Source: Craspedostauros australis (taxonomy: Eukaryota). Taken from it: 57,032 nucleotides of DNA. Both the position numbers and the translations under genes were made by a program. This document shows, piece by piece, positions 31,188-42,481 of this stretch (its first letter is position 1; every line of letters begins with the position of its first letter). Where the stretch lies: NCBI GenBank assembly GCA_030167865.1, contig JALAGF010006241.1:1-57032 (forward strand), given 5' to 3'. The notes beneath the pieces were generated by a model, which ran no database searches, was not told the origin of the DNA, and saw nothing but the letters and a program-made list of their open reading frames with translations.

Positions 31188-34100
31188 ATGGAAGCTTCCA
31201 ACCACGGCAACATGCCTTCGACACATCGCGAGCAAGGTTTCAGTATGGACATGCAACAGCATGAACAGGACCAAGCGCGCAAGCAAGATCAACAGAATGG
31301 CAAGGCGCAAGATCCTCGAAACAGCGGTGAGTGGCACAACAACCAGGAGAATGTTGGCCCCAATCGTCAGCTGCAAAGCGACCAGGAGTTGAACGTTCGC
31401 GAGAATGATGCGCGAGGACAGCAGAAGGGGGTCCTCAGACACAAACGATCACGGCAAGACGCGCAGGTCGATCCCAACCTCCCAAGTGTGCTGCAACGCC
31501 ATGTCACGTCTCAGCATCACTCCCGTTCTCGACACAGCAGCACTGCATCTGCAGCCAAGCGCAAACCAGCTCCAACGCCATTTCGAAGCCTTCGACGAGG
31601 CCGATTCTCGAAGAAGGCGCATGCGGCCACATCATCCTCACGAACAGCGACATCCATAACATCCACCAAGCGCAAGTCTCCTGGCTTCCCGTCTTCCTCA
31701 ACATCGTCAAAGACATCGTCTCGCGCACAGAGCCACCGCTCTTCGCAGTCACGGACATCCACTCGAGCTCGAATGCAAGCGCGACCGTGGGCACGTGCAC
31801 ACAGCGCGGCGAGTGCGCATGGGAGTTCAGCTCACACCCCGGCCACGTACATCGTGTGCTCGATCGCGGAGAACTTGGCAGGCGAGACCTGCGTTGCATC
31901 CATAGACGCCGGTACACCGACCACGCTGCAAGTCACCAAACAGAGCAACAACGGGCAGACCTATGCCGAAACGTTGGCGTACCTTGAAATCCTCAAACCT
32001 CAAGAAGTGCTGCTCAACGAAGGTCGCAAAACGTCCACCCTCGTTCAAAAGATCGTCGAGTTCTTCGATGGCTGCGTTCCCACGAGCACGGCGTTGTCGG
32101 CCGGGTGTGCGAGACGCAAAGCAGCGACTGCCAAGAGGCGTGGAAGACTAGGTGCACGTCAGTCATCGCACCGATCCTGTGGCAGCAGTGTCGATTCGCG
32201 AACAAGCGAGAAATTGCAGGGCGCGGCACCTGAAGATGGTGGCACCAGAGTCAAGTTCGTACCAAGGGCCTGCTTTGATCAAACGAAGGGCGCGGAGCTG
32301 TTGCATCGCATCGCGCGCAAGGAAACCTACGATTCCACAGTCGTGGAGGAGTACATCCTATTGTCGGCTGCGAATGCCTTGCTGCAATACACACAGCAGT
32401 ATCTCGACGCGATGTTTGCGCGAGAATGCCTCAGCCTCGTCATCAACTCCGGAGGCCAGAATCGAATGGCCATCGACCGTTCCACCTTGCTCCAGTTGGA
32501 GCTCCTCGTCAACGCCAAGACCGGCAAGACGAAGAACTCGCTGATCGATTCGATCGATCGCACCAAGACCGCGGTCGGCAGTCGCCTCCTGCGTTCCAAT
32601 CTCATGGCGCCACCGTGCAGGCCATGCACAATCCATTCTCGGTTGGATCTGGTCGACGCTTTCCTCAGCAACGAGGAGCTTTTCTATTCCGTCATGGATC
32701 ATCTGAAGAAGTTTCCGGATGTCGATAAGGTCCTGGCGAGCATCGCGTTGGTCCCTCGCATGTCTACGTACGACGCTGCAGAAGCATCCAAACGAGGTAC
32801 GGGCCAGCCGCCTCGTGTCATGGAGCGGCTCGCAAGCAAGGGTATCGCCGCACTCGTGTGCATCAAGACAGCGCTATCTGCATTGCCATCCTTTGCAGCA
32901 ACTCTACAGGATTTTTTGGAGCGCATCGACAATGATGATCACAGCAGCAAGCAGGGACAGCAATCTCCTGACGTTTCACAAGATGGGCATCCCGACACTT
33001 CGTCAGATACACAGCTGAATGATGCGTCAAGTCTGGCACGGCGGTCCAAAGGAACATCGTCATTCCAATCCAGTCTTCTGATCGGTCTAGGCGCAGGATC
33101 AATGCCGTCGACGGCCCCGATGAAGCATCTCCTGCTGCGGGCCATCCTTTGCACCTTGCAACAACCGGCGTTAGGTGAAGTCCTCGAGGCTGTCACTGGG
33201 ATCTTCACTGACAGCACGAACTTCACCCGTAACGCCCACGAGATGCGCCACCAAACGTGCTTCGCTCTCCGGCCTGATGATAATGGGATGATCGATGTTC
33301 TGCGCAAACATTTCCTCGCAAACGTCGACAGCATCTACAAGAAGGCGGACTCGTACGCAGAGATCCATGGATTCCACGTCTCTGTGCGATACTCCACCAA
33401 ACGAGGGTACTACCTCGTTGTGCCGAATGAGGTGGCAGCCACCCTGCCCACTGAGTTCATTATGCCGTCCAAGATCGGCAGATCCATCACTTGCACGACA
33501 GAAGAAGTCCAGAGCCTGAATGCCCGCGCCCTTGATAACGTCAAGGATATCCTCGCAATCACGTACGAACAGATCGAACAGGTTTTGGATGTCGCTCGTT
33601 CCAAATACGACGCAATTGCGGCACTTTCGGATGCCGTCGCGCTGCTGGACATGTGCCACAGCGTCGCGGATGTGGTGACACTCAGTACGGAGCCTTGGGT
33701 TCGGCCAGAGATCATCGATCCCGACACCATGACGCACGCTTCATCTCGGGTCGTCGATGGCAACAGCGACAATCTGGAGACGGCTCGAATCTACATCCAA
33801 GGTGGGCGACATGGTGTGATGATGGCAGGATCTGCTGCGGCGGCAGGAGGCATGTCAGGTATCGTGCCAAACGATACATTCCTGCCATTCAACAAACGTC
33901 ACACGATTATATCGGGGATCAATGGATCCGGCAAGTCTACGTATTTGAAGCAGGTGGGAATCATCGCCATCTTGGCACATTGTGGAAGCTACGTACCAGC
34001 GCAGAAAGCAAGGCTGCCAGTAAGTCGCGCTGGGCTTGCACAGAAACTCAACTTGGCCATTCACGCACTTTGATATCCTCCTACTGCGCTAGGTCATGGT

Positions 34101-35566
34101 ATGCTGAGTCGAAGGCGACATCAGCACTTGATCCTCTATTGGAATTGAACTTCATCATCTGACTATGACTCTGCACTTGCTGTGTTTACAATTTTGCAAT
34201 CAACCATAATCCAACCAGACATGGACACGTCTCTGCGCGAGAATCGGAAATGGCGATGATCAAGGTAGGTGCCGATTCTGTTCCATTTCAGTCTTATCGG
34301 TGGCTTTCGTGCAGGCACTCCTTGTTCCAAGGCTCACATACACATCCTATGATGTATGCTCACTCTTTTTCGCACCGATGCTTGTACTCAAATGCACATA
34401 TGCAAATGTGCTCGCCGACCTTGCCCCCACAGAAAACAACATTTCTTCCTTCCTGATGGAAATGAAGGAGGTCGGCTTCATTTGCCGTAACGCCAACGAG
34501 CAATCTTTGGTCCTGATCGATGAGTTGGGGCGAGCCACCAGCAACGAGGATGGCATCGCAATTGCGTGGTCTGTCCTGGAATACCTCCTCAAAACGAAGG
34601 CAACCACATTCTTCGTTACCCACTATCAAGATATCTGTCAGATGGGCGAGGTGTACAGTGACAGAGTACAAAACCAACACGTGGAGGCCAAGATCGAAGG
34701 TGACGGAGGCATCGGCAACGTCTTCTACAGCCACAAAGTGCGCAAAGGGATGTGCAAGGTGACCTCGGACTATGGTGTGCACGTTGCAGCATGCTGTGGA
34801 TGGCCGGATGACCTGCTCAAGATAGTACGTGAACGCAACGCCCTGCTCTACCCAACCAGTAGAATCCGTGTCAGCTGCTATCTCCGAATTCGACGACGTT
34901 TGCATTGAGGGATTCTCTGCGCAATTCGTCCTGTTGCTGCCGGAAAAATAGCATCATGGTTGGTTCTGCCATACCTGTCGAACTCAGGGCTCACACTTGC
35001 TTCCCTGCCATGCCCTCTATCGACCCGCCTTGCTCTCATCTGCACATACCACGTTCCACCTCCGTTTTCCCTGAAGGCTCAACAAGCCGAAGCTCAGCTC
35101 CACACAACGCTCCCTTCCAGAGGACTCTGCGAAGATCAAAGTAGTATCGAAACGTCGATTCAACTCAAACAGGCTATTCGGAGCATCGTGAACCTGGTCC
35201 AAACGGAGGAAACTTTGGAGTCGTTGAAAACGAAGCTGCAGGTACGCACTCGCAATGTTCTCTTGCGTTCGTTCGATGCGCTGGTGAAGGTTGGACTCCC
35301 ATCGATGGGTCATTACTGACACGTGAGGACTCCGCCTTGATCTCTTTCTCCATACCTTGTCATCCAATCGCTTGTATAATATTCTACCATCCTGGCATTT
35401 CATCCCCCCTTCTCTCCCGCTTGCGAAGCACTTGAGAACTTCCCTCTCCGTATCCGACGAAAAGCTGGGAGGGGTGTTGTCGAGTATGTCACGATCGGAG
35501 AGCACAAGCAAACATGTCACAGAAGCCGCGAGAACGGACAGCAACCAAAATGATGAATTGGAATGA
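31188..35566 (+). CDS. MSH4: Meiotic MutS homolog 4 (about 1190 aa; exons 31188-34019, 34219-34264, 34433-34824, 35077-35241, 35429-35566)
   Basis: QTYAETL, MAIDRSTLLQLELLVN, TKTAVGSRLLRSNLMAP, CFALRP, Walker A ISGINGSGKSTYLKQV, spliced RIGNGDDQENNISSFLMEMKE and Walker B LVLIDELGRATSNEDGIAIAWSVLEYL. There is no mismatch-recognition domain I, as expected for MSH4/5. The start codon and the last two exons are less certain. Confidence 0.87.
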
Positions 35567-36011
35567 GACGGGGGAGGATGAAAGTTGTATTGTGGGAGGT
35601 AATCTAATGGGAGAAATAGAGAGTACGGAGAGCCGTGTTCGCCTCGATCGATCCTCGCATTTTGGTCCAGTCGATCGATGTCGATCTATATTTATTCGTA
35701 GCCTATGATTTATTCAGTCGTGTGTATACTTTCTTCCACCTGGAAGTTCATCACATCGCGATCCTTTCTTGTTTGGCCTGTCGGAATCTCTCACAATTTG
35801 CAGCGAAACGTGGTGTCAGCGAGGGTCCTGGTTGCTTTCGCTGGTGGTACCACGCCGTTGATGGCCGGAGTTGCACATCGGTCTCATCATGATTTCATTC
35901 GAGCCATCAGGAGTACTCACACCCACCATACGCAACTTTTGCTACTCTCGAGTGGGACGGCCTGCACATAATCCATCGAATCAGACACCACCGTACCACA
36001 CAGACAGAAGG

Positions 36012-39000
36012 ATGGATCTCCAAGAGAGCTCCCAGCGGCGCAGGGCCGCGTCGCGTCTGCTGACCTGCTCACTCCCGATGTGCCTTGTCTGGCTGTCGCT
36101 GCTAATGCTGCTACTTCAGCCATCATTTGCATCATCGGCACGATGGTTTGGTCAGATGCCTTCCATTTTGAAGACCAACAGCAAACAACGAGCGTCGACG
36201 CTCAAGCCATGGTCAGCAACTTCAGGAATGGTCAGAGGAGGAGGAAGCACCGACGAATCGGCGAACGAGGAAGCCGACGATGAGCGATACAGCCGCCAGG
36301 TGTACACGCTGGGGCGCAGGGCACATTCATTGATTCGATCCTCCACGGTGTACATCGACGGACCGTGCGAATCTGGGTTGGTGTATGAATGCGCCAAGAA
36401 CCTCGCTCTGTCAGGCATCGGCAGCATCGTCGTGGTCACGTCGACTGATGACGGGGAAAGTAGCGGCGATGCAACAGATTCCAATTATTATGACGGCACG
36501 TTGGATGATCTGGGCAAGGCGTACACATCTGCGGCGATGACAGAAACGGGATTGAAAACGACAGACGCGGACCTGCTGGTTTCCTTCATCCAGCGATTGA
36601 ACCCGTCCATCGCCGTGCGCAAGGTTAGCCGATCGGAACTGAAGGTGGAGCAGGCCACCAATGGCATTGTCCTGTCCATCGATCGGCCGTACGCAACGCA
36701 GCAAGCTCTCAACAGGATGTGTCGCGACCTTGATTTCGCATTCGTCGGTTCAGAGACGGCTGGGGTGTACGCTCGCGTATTTTGCGACTTTGGTCCTTCC
36801 TTTGAGGTTCATGACATGGATGGAGAAGCGCCGTTGGTGGTTCCGTTCGACCACATGGAGAAGGTGGAAGGTCAGGATGCCGCGCTGATGATCCACTGCG
36901 TAGAAGATGAGAGGCATGATGTTTCCAAGGGAGATAAGATCGCCCTGCAAGTCAAAGGTGGAGAGACAGTGGAGACTCAGCTCACAGTCACACGCGTTTT
37001 CACCCCGAGCCGATTCTCTGTTGAGTACGATACTGGTGGAGACAGCGGTGACAGCAGCGGGCAAAGCCTGGACGACTTCGTCAAGAACATGAATGACGAT
37101 GCTGTGTCATTTAGCCGGGTCAAGATTCCGCAAATGATCAGCTTCCTTTCACTCGATGAAGCCACCGACACCATCAAGTCGGATGGTTCGCTGTTTTCCC
37201 CATGCGACCTGGAAAAGAGCTTCGACGATGTACGAAGGGATGCCATCTTCAGCTGTTTCCAAACGCTGTCTCAGAAAGCCAGCGACGACGGTCGTGATGT
37301 TTACGATGGTGATGAAAGTGCCTTCATTGCGGCCGCGAAAAAGATGTCGAATCTTCCGTCTCACAATGATGCATGGATGAAACATTGCCAGCAATTCTAC
37401 AGAACGTGCCAAGCAAAATTCGTTCCCATCCAAGGGATCTTTGGAGCAGTTGCAGCACAAGAGTCTCTCAAGGCGGCATCTGGTCTGTACACCCCGATCC
37501 AGCAGTTTCTCATGTACGATTGCGACGAGGTGCTTGCGTCCGACGATGATGAAGAAGATAAGGAGGCGATTGGCGGTGCTTCTCCTCAATGCACGACCTC
37601 GTCGTCTGAGGTACAGACGGGGCTTGAGCACATACTCGGAACTGACGTCTACAATGATCTGCGATCGAAGAAGCTCTTCGTCGTCGGTGCAGGTGCCATC
37701 GGCTGCGAAGTCCTGAAGAATCTGGCAGCGATGAATGCTGGCACAACGAAGAAAGGTTGCGTCATTGTGACAGACATGGATACGATCGAACGCTCCAATC
37801 TCAGCCGCCAGCTGCTGTTCCGCGATGGAGACATTGGCGACTTCAAGAGCATTGCGGCGGAACGCGCCATCCATCGATTCAACCCGAACATGAACATCGA
37901 ATCGCACACGTCAAAGGTGGGCGATGAAGAGACTGGGCCGTTCGACGATGCGTTCTGGTCGAAAGGATACGACATCATCTTGAACGCGCTCGATAACATG
38001 GAGGCGCGGTTGTACATGGATGGTCAGTGCGTTTCCAACGCCAAGGCGTTGGTTGATGCGGGAACGCTGGGATCAAAGGGCAACGTGCAGGTCGTCGTTC
38101 CATTCCAGAGCGAATCGTACGGCTCCAGCGCCGATCCTCCAGAACCGTCCATCCCTGTGTGCACCCTCAAGAACTTCCCGTACATGATTTCGCACACCAT
38201 CCAATGGGGCCGCGATCTCTTCGACGGCTTCTACGCTCGCCGTCCCGTGCAAGCCAATGAGTACGCATCCGAAACAATCAACGGCGTGTCTCCAGCATTC
38301 ACGAGCCGGCTCATTAACAAGCTCAGCAAGGAGGCCGCCAAAGATGCAGCGAAGGAACTTGCTGAAGATTATGCGGTGGATGGTGAATACTCGGTCTCGG
38401 ATGAAGTTGACATGTTGCGCCAAGATGCCCTAAGTTGGGCCTCTAGCACAGCAAATGAGCTCTTCCATGATGCCATCCAAGACCTTCTCACAGAACACCC
38501 ACCGGACAGCCTGGACGATGATGACGAACCGTTCTGGTCAGGATCACGCCGAACCCCGACACCGCTCCGTTACGACGACTCAGATACGTCAGGTCTGGAC
38601 CCACAGCAGCAGCAGCAGATCAACGAGTGTCTCGTGGACTTTGTCAAGTACGCCGGAAGGTTGAGACTGGAGATGTATTCCGAGACAGCAAGGGATGATG
38701 TCAGTCTGTCGACGATATCCACACAGCAAGCTGTTGAAGCATTGTCAGCGCTTCCACCGTCGTCGCATGGCAATGGCAAAGTCAACAGCAGCAACAATGA
38801 GGATGATAGCGATAGCGACGACGAGACGGCGGAAACGACGATCCGCAAACACCTGGGCTCCATCCCGTCCGGAACGAAACGCGAGATGTTCGTCGCCGAA
38901 TTCGAAAAGGACGATGATGCCAACGGCCATGTGGCATTCGTCACGGCGGCCAGCAACCTGCGTGCGCTGTGCTACGGCATTGCACCCGTCGATGCGATGG

Positions 39001-39680
39001 AGACGCGTCGTGTGGCTGGACGCATCGTGCCCGCCATGATCACCACCACCGCATTCGTTTCCGCGGTTTCCTGCCTCGAGTACATCAAGTTGGTGCAGGG
39101 CGTGCCGTTGCGGAGGCATCGCAATGCTTTTATCAATTTGGCATTGCCCTTCTTCGCCTTCACGGCACCGTTGCCTGCTGAGGAAGTGAGGGGGTTCCGC
39201 GATGAGAGCTACACGCTTTGGGATAAGATCGTGCTGAAGGAGAGCAGGAAGGCCTCCGAGAATGGTGGTTTGAAGCTACAGCACGTGCTGAAGAAGCTGG
39301 CTCGGACCATTGATAGTGACGATCCATCCTCGGTGGAAGTGACCGCCATCAACTACGGCCCCTACATGATCTACGCTGACTTTTTGCATGGTGGGGACAT
39401 GGAGGTGCTGAATAAGAACATTTGGAGCCTGATCCGCGAATCCATCCAGTCAGGTCAGGCATTCGACGATGCGTCATCGCGAGACGGCGGGCTGTTTGGT
39501 ATCGGTGAGGATGACGACGACGACGATGGTGGCAACGCCGACAACGTGGCTATCTCGCTTTCGGGTGATGATCTTGCCGAATTGTCCAAGGCGGACCTGA
39601 CTGTCATGGTTGAGGACATGGAGAACGGCGAAGAGGTGGAACTCCCACCAATTCAATTGATCAAATTCAAACACCGATGA
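36012..39680 (+). CDS. UBA1: Ubiquitin-activating enzyme E1 with an N-terminal signal/transit-like leader (likely symbiont-derived periplastid sUba1 of SELMA)
   Basis: RYSRQVYTLG, ECAKNLALSG, VFCDFG, LFVVGAGAIGCEVLKN, TDMDTIERSNLSRQLLFR, NALDNMEARLYMD, active-site PVCTLKNFP, FEKDDDANGHVAFVTAASNLRA, GRIVPAMITTTA. Leader MCLVWLSLLMLLLQPSFASS...VRGGG. The start is the ATG at 36012 or 36078. Confidence 0.92.
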   Translation: MDLQESSQRRRAASRLLTCSLPMCLVWLSLLMLLLQPSFASSARWFGQMPSILKTNSKQRASTLKPWSATSGMVRGGGSTDESANEEADDERYSRQVYTLGRRAHSLIRSSTVYIDGPCESGLVYECAKNLALSGIGSIVVVTSTDDGESSGDATDSNYYDGTLDDLGKAYTSAAMTETGLKTTDADLLVSFIQRLNPSIAVRKVSRSELKVEQATNGIVLSIDRPYATQQALNRMCRDLDFAFVGSETAGVYARVFCDFGPSFEVHDMDGEAPLVVPFDHMEKVEGQDAALMIHCVEDERHDVSKGDKIALQVKGGETVETQLTVTRVFTPSRFSVEYDTGGDSGDSSGQSLDDFVKNMNDDAVSFSRVKIPQMISFLSLDEATDTIKSDGSLFSPCDLEKSFDDVRRDAIFSCFQTLSQKASDDGRDVYDGDESAFIAAAKKMSNLPSHNDAWMKHCQQFYRTCQAKFVPIQGIFGAVAAQESLKAASGLYTPIQQFLMYDCDEVLASDDDEEDKEAIGGASPQCTTSSSEVQTGLEHILGTDVYNDLRSKKLFVVGAGAIGCEVLKNLAAMNAGTTKKGCVIVTDMDTIERSNLSRQLLFRDGDIGDFKSIAAERAIHRFNPNMNIESHTSKVGDEETGPFDDAFWSKGYDIILNALDNMEARLYMDGQCVSNAKALVDAGTLGSKGNVQVVVPFQSESYGSSADPPEPSIPVCTLKNFPYMISHTIQWGRDLFDGFYARRPVQANEYASETINGVSPAFTSRLINKLSKEAAKDAAKELAEDYAVDGEYSVSDEVDMLRQDALSWASSTANELFHDAIQDLLTEHPPDSLDDDDEPFWSGSRRTPTPLRYDDSDTSGLDPQQQQQINECLVDFVKYAGRLRLEMYSETARDDVSLSTISTQQAVEALSALPPSSHGNGKVNSSNNEDDSDSDDETAETTIRKHLGSIPSGTKREMFVAEFEKDDDANGHVAFVTAASNLRALCYGIAPVDAMETRRVAGRIVPAMITTTAFVSAVSCLEYIKLVQGVPLRRHRNAFINLALPFFAFTAPLPAEEVRGFRDESYTLWDKIVLKESRKASENGGLKLQHVLKKLARTIDSDDPSSVEVTAINYGPYMIYADFLHGGDMEVLNKNIWSLIRESIQSGQAFDDASSRDGGLFGIGEDDDDDDGGNADNVAISLSGDDLAELSKADLTVMVEDMENGEEVELPPIQLIKFKHR

Positions 39681-42481
39681 GACTGAAAATACACATCGTA
39701 CTCGTAATACATGTAAAATAATAGTAGCAGAGGAATGCATTCGGAGGTGGGAAGAGACAAGGATCGTAATTGCAGGTAGGCAATAGAGATGGTGGCGGTC
39801 GCGCGGGTGGTGCGTGAAGGAATGCTGCATGGTACGACGACATGTATAGCACACAGGGTGAAAGGATTCGTGGGAGAATAAGTGTGGCACGTGCGGCATC
39901 CCAGAGAGATCTGGATGGATCCCTCTGTTCTCCGGTACAATGAGGAGGAAAGGAATCGAAGGAATACCACACATCAATGTCCCATCATCCACCAGGATTC
40001 ACCTTGTTCGTCTGCATCTTCTCCTGTTGTGATTTTGCGCAACAAGAGAGGGATGCGATCAACAGTGGATTCCGCTCGGGTACAACTCCATTTTGTGAGA
40101 TCAACATTGACGCGTCATCCGCGATTTCAAATTGTTGAGAAAGCGCACCTGCGTGACAGTGCTCGTAAGATGCGCACCCTTGCGAATGAGTGATTGGAGA
40201 TGGGAGGAATGAATGGGAAACGCAAAGCACATGCACAATCGAGGCGGTTGAGATGTTATAGATCTTACCAAACCAGCACCATAGTGGAGGACATGTATGC
40301 GTGTTAGAAACGATGAGCGAGCACCCACCATGTGGAACTTGGAGGACCTCTCGATCTCGCGCAACTGCGAATAGGACACAAGCGCTCTATTCTATTATGT
40401 TATATAGTACGAGTAGTATAGTATTACATATTATTATATGAAGCTTGCTGTGTTACCAAAAGCACAGAGTAGAATTGCAGTGGAGGAGAGCAGAGCAGGG
40501 GGATCAATGCTACAGGTTGGAGCATCAAAGTAGTCGTATGGAAGAGGGATCGAAGAAGCATCCTGGATGCGTCAGTCGGCAACGACAACGTGCACACATC
40601 TATGATGTCGCTTGCGATGGCGCGAAAAGGAGAAAATTGAAGTTCGTGCGACACAGTGACCAATCCCTCTGTCCGTGTCGAATGACTACTCCTTTGTGCG
40701 CATTGGATCTCTGCTCCCATCCAGCCATCCAATCCATCGGCTTGCATCATTGTTCCCTTCATTCGGCGGTTTGTGAGGTGTTAAGCAACCTGCTCGGCGC
40801 TGTGCGTTGCACTGCATTGCGTTGTGTGTTGTATTCGTATCAACGAGCCCGCAGGATGACGCACGGTTAATTTTAAGAGAGGGAGAGAGAGAGATGAAGA
40901 GATAGCACAGCATGTGCTATTGGTCCAACCCAACCCATCTGTTTGTGCTGTTGGTGGGTGGGTGTCATTGTTACTCTCTGCGTGGCGCCATCCATGGGCA
41001 TCGCTACCATCCCTTCATGTTTGTGGTGGGTTGTGTCTTTGCGTGAGTTGTTGTGTGTGACTGGCGACTCCCATTGATTGGGGCAAGCAAAGAGCGATGA
41101 CGCACACACACAGTATCACTGAACAAGACTGAACAGACACAACAACTCACAGAATCGTCACGACTGCGCGAAATGGTCGAGTAAATTAGCTCAAAACCCC
41201 AAGAAGTGGCGCTCGCGCCCAGCCGGTCATGCGGATGCTTGTGTGTGACTGGCTCGCTCACGAAGAGTTTTCGAACCGGGGTGCGCGTGTCTGCCGTTGG
41301 GACAGCCGTGTGGTGTCACGAGGAACACGGCGATAACAAAAACTAGCGCCGACGATGGTGTCTTCGTGCTCGTAGTCGGAGTACTATACTATACGCGAAA
41401 CAGTACGGGTGGAGGCGGAGGGATAGCAAGAAAGAGGGAAGAAGAGACAGAGCAAATCAAGAAAAAAGAGAGCCAGCCAGGCGGAGGGAGAGGAGGGAAG
41501 GAACAAAAGAGGCAGAAGGCAAGGGAAAGGAAAGGCAAACTCCGACAAGCAATAATCCCAACAGCAAAGACACAGAACCAAGGCAGAGGAACGAGAACTG
41601 GAGGCTGCTGCACCAGAAATAGCAACAACAACAGCTACAGCCATAGCTACAGCCACAGCGGCATTGAAACATTCGCCAAGATCCACTGCTTGTCATCTCT
41701 CTCTCACTCTGGGAGGACATTGAATGCCAAAGGCACCAAGGAGCTGTGCACAATCCATCCAAAGAGCCGTCCAAACACGAGGTAGAGGAGAGCACACCTT
41801 GTGCCATCCCACACTTCGTGAAGCAGCGACAGCAGCAGCAGCAACAGCCAGCTGAGATCCACGCAGCGACAGCACACTCTTGCTCCCACAAATCGAAACT
41901 TGCATCCTTGCGCAAAAAGCGCATCATCCATCACTCGCTTCCTGTTCCATTCCTTCAGACAGCGCAGAACCGAACAGCATTGGGAGGTCAGCACTTGCGG
42001 ACAACTCAATCCATCACAGCAACGGCAGCGGCGGCAACTGTGGCAGAAGGAGCGTTCATCTTGTTGTTTGGCGCCATTCATCCAATCAACCATCACGCAG
42101 TCACTGCAATCATTATCGCAATCATCACAGCAATCATCACAGCAACTCAGATACTCGTGTAGCACTCACATAGAGCAACAGAGAGTATCGGCAACCACAA
42201 TACACACACAAAACACACACAATACGAGCAGACCCCACCTGCAGACAGATTACTATTATACTATCCTTCACCAGCTGTGCATACTCTGCGGGCACTCTGC
42301 ACCAGACAGTCAACGGCAGCTCTGAGCATCGAAGGAACAGACGCTCGGAACAATCTCATCGATCTTCCGAGTTCACAGCAATCTCAGCTACAAACCCATT
42401 CAGCATTCCACGTGACATATTTGCAGTCCAAGCATAGTGCAAGCATAGTGTAAGCACAATCCAAGAACAGCAGAGCACCAC

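Noticed and set aside
35871..36011. ORF-track start of the E1 gene at a TTG
   Set aside because: A non-ATG start is unlikely in a nuclear gene. ATGs at 36012 and 36078 precede the signal peptide.
41297..42325. Several 100-160 aa ORFs upstream of the MFS gene
   Set aside because: Compositionally biased translations in all frames, more consistent with UTR or intergenic DNA.
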